From Dipteris shenzhenensis (lineage: Eukaryota), in the NCBI GenBank assembly GCA_047967505.1, contig CM106538.1: DNA of 64,000 bases. The stretch is one strand, 5' to 3'. Positions 25,465-36,207 of this stretch are shown here, piece by piece. Each line of letters opens with the position of its first letter. Positions within the stretch are counted from its first letter, which is position 1. Under the pieces are notes generated by a model that did no database searches, was not told the origin of the DNA, and saw nothing but the letters and a program-made list of their open reading frames with translations. Position numbers and translations under genes: made by a program.

Positions 25465-26505
25465 CTCTTTTGGCATGGATAGCATGTAAGTTCGTGTCTT
25501 CAAAAAGACATACTATCATCTACTCCATTGCCTCCTGAATTTCTCCCATAGCACCTAAAGTGAAATGCACATCACTCTTGTAATGCTATGCTATTTCACA
25601 TATAACACGCTAGAAGGGTGCACGGAGAATGAGATTGTCCATATTGGTTTGGAACTTGTAGATCTCCTAAAGTGCCTTCACCCTGATTTTTTGCACCTCT
25701 TAATCTTTGGGGGACCCTGTACTGGCCTTTGGACATGGCTCCATGGCCACTTGTTTGCTTTGAACTTCTTTCGCCTCTCCTCCCTTGCAACCACCTCTTC
25801 AGACTCCTCTTCCTGTGTTTGGTGGGTCATTTGAGGTGGCTTCTCGCGCCTAGGGGTCTGCTTTGTCCTTGGTCTCTTTTCCTTTTCGTGAGGCTGTGAG
25901 ACAAGCTGAGGCTCTTGCTCAGCTCGTACTAGAGGCTCCTCATATCTGATCATCTCAAGGCACAGAGGGTTGATGGTGCTCTTCTGTGCGGTTTTCTTGG
26001 TTGGAGGATTGGGGACAAGGTTCATTATATTTGCAAGCCCGCCAAATACTTCCTCTTGTTGTGGCCCCTGTAATCTCTCCATCTCCTCTCTTTGCCTTTC
26101 TTGCTCCCCTTGTTCATCTAGATGCTCCACTCCAAGACCCCGCGGAGGAGGGAGGGGCAATTGATCAAGATTGACTAGACTATTTTGCCCCTCTTAGGAG
26201 ACCTCTCTACTTCCACGATTAGTTGTGTGGAAGGACTGAGAGGACCCTTGCTTGTGCTTAGATCCTTCATCGTGCTGGGATTCCTCATGGTGCTGAGATC
26301 CCTGGGATCCCCCCTGAGAGTTGAATGGTGGGGACTCGCGTTGCTTATACTCCTGCTGATGAAAATCACCTTCAGATCCCTGGTGATCATTGCCCTCTTG
26401 GCCAATGGGTCTTCCAGTGTGTTTGGAGGCCATGGCGTTCTGAGGACAACAGGTAGAGTCTAAACGGTGTCCAGTGGGTCTAGTAGTTTGTTTAGCTCGT
26501 GCCAT
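25465..26505 (-). pseudogene. Histone H3-derived gene with ~275-aa N-terminal extension (copy B)
   Basis: MARAKQTTR start; ORFs 26505-26194 and 26160-25678 share a frame; after a 1-bp deletion: VKAL*EIYKFQTNMDNLILRAPF*RVICEIA*HYKSDVHF..EIQEAME*MIVCLFEDTNLHAIHAKR. Confidence 0.9.
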
Positions 26506-26592
26506 AGAAATGAGAGATTTTAGGATTTTTAAGTGCTTTATATAGTCTTTTTTAAAGCACTTTAGGGTTTTTCTTTTAAATTAGGGTTTTTT
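26506..26592 (-). promoter_or_regulatory. Putative promoter of the H3-like gene: two telo-boxes and a TATA box
   Basis: Minus strand AAACCCTAA twice, then CTATATAAG ~35 bp before the ATG; similar motifs at 18490-18583 in copy A. Confidence 0.5.
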
Positions 26593-26704
26593 GAGTGCAG
26601 CTCCTCCCCCCCCAGTGTTTTGTCGCTAATTTGGTAATACTTAATCTTCACCACCCTCCCTCCCAACCCACTCACCCCTCTGCCCTGCCATGTTGCACAT
26701 GCAA

Positions 26705-29650
26705 TTATGCAATTTTCAAACAAATTTGTGAATTTTGGAATCTAGTGTTAACTTTATTCATCAAACATTTTACATTTGGGGATCTCTTAGACCCAATGCC
26801 TCCCTGTCTGACTCTACGTTGCAACCAAAGTGCAACCCCTTGGCTCCCTATCGAGGACTTCCAAGCAGCACATCTCCTTGTCTTCTTGACATGTTGAACT
26901 GGTTTTGCGAAACTTGAGACCTCTACCTTATCGCGCGTGAGAGTCCTGGCCTCTAGACATCTATAAAACCAATCAAACATTTTGTGTAGTGCATTGCTTC
27001 ACGCGATACTACCCCCATGCCTTGTATTCTTGAAGTATGCTGCCTTTGCTCTATAATGTGATTTCTCCATTCCTTAGGTATTCCAAATGGACAGAGGGCC
27101 CCATTGCTCCACAAACCATGGTGCATATGCATAAAGAATATGCTGTAAAGAAAAAAATTGTATTAAAAACATAAACTGACTCAAGTTTAAAGCACAAAAT
27201 TTAACCCTAAGGAGGATTATCATGTAATGTGTAATATGTGACTCCCCCCATGCTTCTACCATCAATGATATGAATTCTCCCAATGTTGTCCTGAATCTCT
27301 CATAATAAAGCTCATATGCTTGATCTTGTCTAAGCAACTTTATAAATGCATCAAGCTTTGTCCACAATTTTGCTCTCAAAGTAGCAATTCACGGATGTGA
27401 AGCTTGATTTGTAATGCACTCACACAAATCTTTCCAGTACTCCCAACCTAGGGTGCTTTGAGCCAATGTATGCTTTTCTTTATTAGCATTGTGGTTGGAC
27501 AAGAACCTCCTTGCCTTTTCTCCACCCATGGATACTTTAGCAGGAAGATTTTGTATCTTTCCTGATTGTTTGTTGTCTTGCTTAAGCTTCACATTACCTC
27601 CATGAAGTGCCATTAGTAAGAGTAGTTCTTTAGCTTTTGCAATGCATTGTGGAGATACTTGCTGTGGCCTCAAATTCCAAGCATAAACTAGATGGAGATA
27701 GACTAACTTATAAACTATACGCAGTTCAACATGCAAAGTACATACGTGTACCAGCTCCAATGGAATTGGTAGAATGGGGTCCCACTTAGGATCCTTTTTG
27801 TGATGATTAGGGGCTGCACTTTGGTTGCAAGAAAGGATGGCATTTTCCCACTGTAGGCTTCCTTTTGCATCTCTGAGAGTGGGTGCAATACAAGCATGTC
27901 CATTTTGCATCTGCACCTGTATCACAACCATACAAGCACTTGAGGGTCTTCAAATCACTAGCTAGATGCCATTCAACTTGAAACATTCTATGACCATCCA
28001 CAATTAATGTTTGCCATGCCTCTCATCTTTGAATAATTGATGGGATGCCGGTTCTCTCCAAAACCCACTTCAATGTCTCATGGCACTCCTTTGGGGGTCT
28101 TAAAGGTTGCAAGCCACCATATGTCCTTCTCAAATTAGACTAAGAAACCCTGCTCAACTTCCTCATCCCCTTGAGCAAAATGCAAGGCGTCATTCATAAT
28201 ACAAATGCTCACCCTCTCTAGCTTGTACTCTTTTACCAACTGAGCTTCATCCATTTTTATAACAAATACTAGCTTGCCATCTGTACAATGAAAGAGGAAT
28301 TCAGTAAGGATATAGAAATAAGAAGAAATAAAGTTAAATGTGAAGAGGGAATTTCTCTTACCTTCTTCTCTCATCCCATATAATTTGACCATGGCTCTCT
28401 GGAAATTCTCTACATCCACGTAAACATTATTGAAAGCATTCATCTAAAATGTTTGGATGCCAGATTTCTTTTTACTCTTCCAAGTCATTGTGCCACTTAC
28501 ACAATGGTATCCTCCAAGATTTTCTCTAGCACATTGCTTTGTTTCGTGACGTGCAAGCCTTACAGACCACGGTGTTGGCAATGGCATTGTAGATATCTTA
28601 TACTTTTCCTCCATAGCAAACTTGAAAATTTTAAAAAGAGAGTTGTGAGCTTCACAACTTACACCAGTAGCATCACAAGCTCCAGGCACCTCCTTTGCTT
28701 GCATATGAGGCCCTTGAAGTCCTTTATTACCTCTCTAGCAACTAGTTCACCTAGCCCTATTTAGGGTCCTTCAACACTTCAATGACATCACTTGGCTTTA
28801 TTAAACTTCTTAGAACATATGAAGGATCACTATCATCCATTTCCATTGTTCCCATCACATCCTCCATGAAATTCCTAAAGTAGAGTACAAATGAGTCTTA
28901 GTGGAAACAATGCAACGCCACGAATATTTTGGAGTAAGAAATTTCATTGAAAAATTGGGGAACTAACCTTGCAGCCTGAACTCTCCTCTTTTGGGCACCA
29001 GTAGTGGTTGACAATGCATCCATAGATTGCAATTGTCTTTTCCTCTCCTTCAGTCCCAAAGCTGTTCCCTTCAACTTTTGTACTCGTTCTATTGACTTCT
29101 CTCATTCCTTCTCCACAACATGTTGAACTTGGACATAGATAAACCTTTCCAAATCTTGTTTGCTTTTGGCAAGCTTCTGGATTGATTCTTCCAATTCATG
29201 TCACTCCAAGTCTAATGCATGTGCTTTGTCACTGAGTTATTTGTTTTGCAATTGGAGATCTTGCATACTATTATGCATTGCCACAATAGTGATATTTCCC
29301 AAATGTGCAAGTTCTTCTGCTTGGGCTCTTTGCACCTCACTTGCTTGCATAGCCAATGTTTGAGAATGGTTCAATTGATTGCAATAACTGAGCAATCCAA
29401 CATGTCCCTTGCCAACAAACCGAACAACATCATGCATTGTATGAAAAGGAGGACTCTTTGGGGTGGCAGGGTCTAAAGAATACAAGTTTCCATCCACCCA
29501 AAGGTCAAGATGCTTCTTCCCTTGCAATCGAAGATTGTGGAGCACACTTTGAGGAGTTCCACTATATCCCAAAGAGTGTGTGCTTGCATATTCTGCCTCT
29601 AGTTGTAGGTTCACATGGTACTTGTTGGATATGTCCTCGAATGGTGCCAT
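26705..29650 (-). pseudogene. RAG1/Transib-like (CCHH zinc, DDE) transposase with three apparent introns
   Basis: LVFVIKMDEAQ, WHLASDLKTL, CLYC, VHVCTLHVELRI, ITHYM|HILYAYAPWFVEQWGPLSIWNT*GMEKSH; introns ~28968-28880, ~28361-28281, ~27220-27143; coiled-coil-like N-terminus; several stops and frameshifts. Confidence 0.82.
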
Positions 29651-29699
29651 GAGTACTCAAAGAGAGGTATCAGTGATGTAGGGTAAAATGTAGGGGAGA

Positions 29700-30182
29700 G
29701 CTGGCAAATATGGAGCAGTGAGAGGGAGAGAGTAGCAAGGAAGAGGGAGGAGGAGAAGCATATGAGGGCAAGAGGAAGATGAGGAGAAGAGTAGGGTGAC
29801 AGGTGTAGAAGGGAGGGAAGGAGCTGCTGTAGAAGGGAGGAGGAGGGGAGAGATGCTACAGGAGGGAGGAGGGGAGAGAGTCTACAGGAGGGAGGAGCAG
29901 AGGAGAGGGATCCTAGGCAGCTGGAGAAGGAGGGGAGAGGAAGGAGGGAGGAGGAGCCAAAAGGAGGAGGAGGAGCCAAAAGGAGGAGGAGGAGGGGAGA
30001 GGGAGGAAGAGGAGCAAGAAAGAGGAGGGGAGAGGAGGAGGGAGGGAGGGAGAGGGAGAGGGAGAGGGAGAGGGAAAGGGAAAGGGAGAGGGAGGAGGAG
30101 GAGGGAGGGAGGGAGGGAGGGAGGGAGGGAGAGAGAGGGAGGGAGGGAGAGAGAGAGAGAGAGAGGGAGGGAGGGAGGGAGA
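29700..30182. repeat. GA-rich low-complexity tract upstream of the transposase
   Basis: (GGA)n/(GGGA)n/(GA)n runs. Confidence 0.9.
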
Positions 30183-30335
30183 ATTTCAAAAAGTGGCCCC
30201 CTCCCCTCATTGATGGGGGAAGAGGTGGGCTCAAATGTGGGCTTAGCCCCCTAGGTTGGGCTGGTTAGGCCTCTTTGGGACCCTCTATGCCCCTTGCATT
30301 AGCCCACTAAGCATTCCCTAATCCCTTCCTTATGA

Positions 30336-30367
30336 GGCCCTTTTGAGACCCCAATTCTCCCCTAATG
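30336..30367 (-). repeat. Right TIR
   Basis: Reverse complement CATTAGGGGAGAATTGGGGTCTCAAAAGGGCC. Confidence 0.87.
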
Positions 30368-30637
30368 TTCCACATCCTTTGAGAATTGTTCCAGGAGGTC
30401 ATCAACAACAACACCTTTTAGAATCTCTTCTAGATTGCTAGCAATAGGGACATTTTTGTTGGCCTCCTCAACCTCTTGTTCAACCCAGAGATCTTCAACG
30501 CCTTTTGAGCCCTCTCTTGCATGGAATGTTTGGTCTGGTTCTGGAGAAGGGGAAGAGACCTTTAACAATGTCAAAATTGTCTTTGCTCTGAAGCTATATA
30601 CATATTCGGAGCCAAAACTATCCTCTTTCATATGCAA
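30368..30637 (-). pseudogene. Upstream part of the interrupted acidic ORF (unknown function)
   Basis: ORF reads ..DDLLEQFSKDVE and runs exactly into the TIR. Confidence 0.55.
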
Positions 30638-31682
30638 TTAAAAAAAACAATACTTTTCAATCTTTTTTGTACCAATGCATAACTTCTTAAAGAGTATGCA
30701 ATAAAGGTGCTTACAAATTTAGGCTGTATCTTTGAATATTATGTGTCTATCATATATTTTGCACTTATTAGAGTCCTCCATCCACAAGAGAAAGGATCCT
30801 TCTATTGTGGTGTCTATTTTATCAAAATAGAATCTTAAGATGTTAATGGGCTACAAAGAGTTCCAAAATAAGAGAGAGATACAGATAAGTGGCTAAGATT
30901 AGTGTACCTGCAATCACATTGGTAGAACTGAATCTAACACTTTAAATTTGGATTACGGAGGTCTAGTGCATCCATTATTATTTTGAGGCAGCTGCAATGG
31001 GAATGAAGGTTGAGGGAATGTATACTGTTAAATTAAATTGGGAAACAAAATATAAAATTCATACTTCTACATGTAAAAGTGATATGGCGGACTTTTCAGG
31101 AGGAAACATAGAAAACACATTTTGCAGCAGCAAAAGTATGTGGAAGACTAACTTACAATTCTAAATCTTGGTGGGTGCCTTTCAAGGAGTTGAACGTATA
31201 GCATAAATTTTGTTGTAAGCCTATATGCACCAAACTCCAATGATTGCAACAAGAAAAACAACAAACATGAGGGGATTAGACCAAGAGGGTGTCAATACAA
31301 TTTGAACATATCAAGATTTTGTCAATAGAGGGTATTAGTGGAGAAGGTCAGGGAACATACTCTAAACAATATGGGAGGAGAAGCATATCAACCGCATCGA
31401 GATTGCAAAAATGGAACCACTTGGAAATGCTTTTTGTTGATGTCTTGTTATCCTTCAACTTGAATGAAGTAGCTGGATCAACTATATATATAGTGTGCTA
31501 AAGGCTCTAGTGGATCTAACTTTTCAAAAAACTACCAAAATAGCCTAAGAAAAACTCACTACTACAAAGACATAAACACAATTGGCCTTGAAAGATATGC
31601 AAGCATGATTGTGCAAGTGACATGGTTTTCTTTCTGTGCTAAAGCACTGATGCAATCCTATGTCAAATCCTAGCTCATATCA

Positions 31683-33006
31683 TCATTCATAGTCTTTATA
31701 GATATTTTGATCATTGGTCCAAGTTGCAATAGCTTTTATTGAATTTACTGAATTTGCAACCTTGCCTCTGGTCTCATGTTGGTGAGTGACCTCTATTATC
31801 TTTACTACATCTGCTATAGGTTTCCTGGCTAGTATCAATAGGATATCTCTCATTTTAAGATCATCCCAATCCTCTGCATTAAGGATCTTGTCATATCTAT
31901 ACCTGACCCTTACAAGTGTTTGGATATCGTTTTTCATTATAGTCACCCTGTGTGCATGTGCTGCTACCTGCATTGTGTCTTGAAAAAACTCAATAAGCCA
32001 CTCTTCATTAGCAGCTTCTTGGAGAGCCAGCAATGCAGTCCTTTGCCATGTGAAGTCCATGTTCCAGTTGATGCATATTGCCCTCACAAGCCTCTGGAAT
32101 GGTGCCATGGGTACTGCATACCCGATGGATTTTTGAGCCTTCTTGATCTCCATCAAGATAGTGTTAGATATGCTCAATGCCCCGTCCTCTTGGTAACCAC
32201 CAGTGATCCAAGGTGCTCAAGTTGTAAGGACCCCATATGAGGAGAAGCCATGTGTGAGCCCAGGACATTGGATGGATTCTGACTTGCATATCAGAAGAGG
32301 TCTATCAATGAGACCGTTGATGGTAGAAAGGTGATCTATGTGAGTCTAGCCTATGGGCTAGGCAGGGTAGGTAAGTTAGTAGCACAACGAGGCACATTGT
32401 CTTGATTGTGTGGGAACCCCTTGCTCTCGCTGGGGTCTGGGGGCCAGTGGTCCCCCAGGTGGGGGTTTGGGGGCGAGAGCCTATGAGGCGACAGTATAGG
32501 GAATATTCCCTAAATATTCCATGGACGACTAGTCAATTCCACCGACTAGGTTGATTGGTCGGCTTCACCAACTACATTGATATGACTACCACCCTCATAC
32601 CTATAAAGAGGTGACCTTCCCATTCCATTGTATCAGTTTAGATTAGATTAGATCTTCCAGCTAGTAGCTCTTCACCTAGTATCTGTCTAGATCACCATCT
32701 AAGCTCCATTGTGGGAGTGCATGGGTGGACGGAGCCATCATCTGTACTACATCAGTATTGAAGGAAAATTTTGTTCGTCTCCAGTTTGCTGTGTACTCTC
32801 TATTCTTTGTTCAGTTTCTATTCCGCTGCGCTGTGTAATTTAATAGATAGATCTACCTTGGCTCACTCTTTTCTTCTTGTTCCTTGCTAGCATATGCATA
32901 GGCTTTTCCTTCTTTGAGGATTTTGTTCTCTTGATGGAGCTGTGGCAACCCCTACAATGTCGGGTCCCTTACATTTATTCCTGGCTATTTCTTTTGTTCT
33001 AGCCAT
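31683..33006 (-). pseudogene. Second, distinct histone H3-like gene with C-terminal extension, interrupted by an insertion
   Basis: ATG at 33006 gives MARTKEIARNK; fold ILMEIKKAQKS..PFQRLVRAI..FTWQRTALLALQEAA..FFQDTMQVAAHAHRVTIMKNDIQTLVRVR in ORF 32177-31683. Confidence 0.85.
32407..32856 (+). mobile_element. LTR-like insertion (solo or truncated LTR) inside the H3-like gene
   Basis: Starts TG, GC-rich GGGGTTTGGGGGCGAGAGCC motif, CCTATAAAG TATA-like box, composition differs from flanks; no clear CA end or TSD. Confidence 0.45.
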
Positions 33007-33030
33007 ACTCTATTTTTGTCCTCTCCTAAA

Positions 33031-33378
33031 CATAAATCCAAACATAACAAAGGAATAAGCCACCCAAACTTTTGCTTGAAAACATAATTTGGAGCAAAGA
33101 TTTAAGGAAATTGATGAAATCACATTTTAGAGAAATCATATACTCCTATTTTGATGTAACACACTCTAGAATGCAGATGTTTTTTGCTGCTAAGATAAAT
33201 CCAAACATAACACAAAATACTCCAGGCAAACATTTGCTGGAAAACATGATTTGGACCAAAGATATGAAGAAACTATTGAAATCGCATTTTAGAGAAAATT
33301 TCTCTAGATCATACTCTAATAAATCAGTTTGATGTAGCATCCTTCTAAATTTGATGTAGCACACTCTAGAATGCAGAT
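33031..33378. repeat. Tandem duplication, ~165-bp unit
   Basis: ATAAATCCAAACATAACA..GAAAACAT.ATTTGGA.CAAAGAT..CATTTTAGAGAAA..ACACTCTAGAATGCAGAT twice. Confidence 0.8.
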
Positions 33379-33817
33379 AAGATGTTCTTAATAGATAAAT
33401 AACAAATAGTGTCTTTGAGAGAAAGCTACAGAAAGGCCATTTCACCTTAACAACAGGTAGAAAAAAATGATTGCATTATAGTTATGAAGGTAACATGAGC
33501 TTGATGGGTGACATATTGCTTACCTTGTCTTGTGTCTCTTGATGACAGTAGATAGGTCCAAGTGATGATTCAGCTGGAGCTTGGAGCTAGAGCTGCAGTG
33601 GGTCTGTGTGATGGAGCTGGTGAGGTTGGATAGCACAAGATAGTAAGGAGGAAACTGAAACTCGAGATAGAGATGAAAAGAGAAGGTTAACTCTACTTAG
33701 TGGAGGCTTGGTCTCAAAATATCTACAAGCAATGATTCAAAATTAAATGCATGCATACTTAGAAGATCGTTTTTTGCACGTGTGCCTGATAGGACTATGT
33801 GACTTGCATAGATAACT

Positions 33818-34520
33818 GTGCCATCTTTGACATTAGGCTATGGCCATCTTCAATGCATTGCAACACCACAAGTTGAAGAAATGGATTGCAGCATAGTGGA
33901 CATAAGAACAATGCAATCATACAAGGAAAAGATTGCAAATGATGTGGGCATGGCCATGAAGTTTACATTTGGCTCTAAATGGGTAAGGTTGTCTTGGTTT
34001 ATGCCTCTACACGTTTTTACTTCTTGTTTTTAAAATATCCAGATGCATAGAACAAAAACCATGTGGTCATGCAAGTGCCTACATGAGAATGCCCTTGAGG
34101 AATTGCTTGGGGTGAATTGGGGAAGCAAATCAATTGAACAAAAGGGTGATCTGTTTCAATTCCATGTATGTAAGGACAATGCGGTTGTCAAGTACCACAT
34201 CTCCTACCAAATGTTATATTTTTCTTTCCAATATAGGTGTCGGAAGAAAATAGGTGGCAATTGGCTCCCCCTCGACTCTAACAATGATGATAATACAGGG
34301 GTAAGTTTATGTATTGATTCTCATTTAGGAGATGTCAAAAAGCGAGATGCCAAGAATGTGACTATCACATCACAATGGACTCTCAGAGATGTGTAGGAAT
34401 ACCTATTGGTAATGGAGCAAGGATGGCATGTCTGACTCCTTTCACTCTACCTTAAATGGTGAAAAGGTAGGAAAGCATGCAGAGAAGCACATGCATAGTC
34501 CCACTTTTATCCCTCTTGTA
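33818..34520 (+). pseudogene. Unknown spliced gene relic, divergent from the second H3-like gene
   Basis: ORFs 33818-34033 and 34043-34396 can be joined by a 60-nt GT-AG intron (33983-34042); no recognisable family. Confidence 0.35.
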
Positions 34521-34864
34521 ATATTGAAGATGGTAAACAATGTGGGGTGGAACAATTGTGGACTTTGACATATTCCAATTCATAGTGGTACAATTATTTT
34601 TGATGTTTTGAATGGTCTTGTTTCATTTCAATGTCAAGTTTTGCCCAAAAAAAATTCAATTCATTTCATTATTTATCTTTAGAACATTTGGGTATATATA
34701 GGTTACAAAGTTACTTTAGTTTCAAAGTTTCACTATCATAGCCATAGTTCTTCTATCTACCTTAAATAGGGGTGTTTTATCATCCTATGTGGATCTTAAG
34801 TAGGAAGTTTTCTTGAATTTCATGCATGCAGGTGACATCCCCCTTTCATGAGGGAATCCATCAG

Positions 34865-36207
34865 GAGAAGAAGCCTCCACATCTCACTCTGGATAGCCAT
34901 CCTCATTGACAAAGAGGAAAGGATCGAGCATGATGACTCCATAGTGGTAAGAAACTATGAGCTTTGAATTTCTTTTCTCTTGGTATAATTTTGCTTTATC
35001 GACATTATAATGTAATGTTGGATTGTTGTAGGAGGCATTTGAGGTCGACCTCTTCTCAGCACCTTGTTTGACTTAGCTTCGGCCGAGATCACTCACTGGC
35101 ACATTACCTTGGCCAAGCAAAAGGGCACTTTGTGTGGTTATCCACAAAAAGTTTTCACCCCAAGGCACCTCCTAAAGTGCAAGGCCTTGTCACGAGTGAT
35201 TGGTCACGCTAACATCAATCAGAATGCTGACAAGGTCATTTTGGTGAACCACATGGATTCCCTCAATGCTTTTGGAACCAATTTTCAAGGTATGGCATTG
35301 ATGGTAGCAACCATGTCCCTGGCCAGCAACAATAATAGCGCTTACTTTCTATCAATTAGGTTTAGAGCTAGGAGTCTATTCAGGAATTCAAAGCCCGATA
35401 TTCTCAATGTTTTAGAGAAGAGAAAAAGGCTGTGAAGTCTCGTTGTACAAAATTTTTATTTTATATGAATACAGATATACTTTCTCTACAGTGTCGCATT
35501 TTGTGTTCTTTTACTAAATTTATTTTATACTATCATTGTATTTTGTAGCTTTAATTATTGTCAGCATTCGTATTTTCATTCAGTAAGCATGCTATCAGAT
35601 AACATTTTGCGTTATAACATGTCTTTTTTGAGCAATCTAGCAAAAGAATCTCACCCTGGCGTAGAAGGGAAAAGTGCTCAGCATCACGCAGAGAGCCTAG
35701 AAAGGTCAAAACCGGCTATGGCACATATAGAGCCTATTTGACCAAGTCAAATAGTCTCCATACATGCCATAGTAGGTTTTGACCTTTCTGGGCTCCTCGT
35801 GCGATGCTAAGCACTTTTGCCTTCTGCATTAGGTCAAAAAACCATAATTTGATCACTCAAATTTACAGTGAACTTGCATAAACTAATGGAAAGCATCACA
35901 TAACATGTATAATAACATGGGAATAGTAATAGAACATAAAAAAATATTTTATTCATTAGCCTCAAAGGGAAGAGATTTACAAAAAGATTCAGATTACACC
36001 AAGTGAAACTAAACAACATCTAGGGCCTAAGGGAAGGATCAGAGTGGGATGCGATTGGCGAGTGCAAGGTCCCTGTCCATCATCGTTACTCTTTTGGCAT
36101 GGATAGTGCATAAGTTCACATCTTTAAAAAGACCTACTACCATGTACTCCATTGCCTCCTAAATTGCTCCCATAGTGCCTAAAGTGAAACACACATCATC
36201 CTTGTAA
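34865..36207. mobile_element. Partial copy C of the H3-carrying transposon (gene X 3' end, palindrome, H3 3' end)
   Basis: Matches 24440-25270; palindrome 35661-35827; 35830-36000 matches 19625-19790 in reverse. Confidence 0.88.
36039..36207 (-). pseudogene. C-terminal histone-fold fragment of the H3-like gene (copy C)
   Basis: [54 protein letters not shown], retaining helix alpha3 that is missing in copies A and B. Confidence 0.88.

Larger units (their letters stand above)
23527..30367 (-). mobile_element. TIR DNA transposon carrying RAG1/Transib-like transposase, H3-like gene and gene X (copy B, both termini present)
   Basis: 32-bp TIRs (28/32 match), imperfect short TSD (TCC/TTC), interrupts a minus-strand ORF, and has two other partial copies in the window. 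Confidence 0.87.

Noticed and set aside
29611-30254. Long Pro/Ser/Leu and Gly/Arg/Glu ORFs (also 53670-54236)
   Set aside because: Products of GA/CT low-complexity tracts
18584-36207. H3-like sequences as a host histone gene cluster
   Set aside because: No H4/H2A/H2B, strong divergence from canonical H3, long extensions, and three of the four lie within copies of the TIR element
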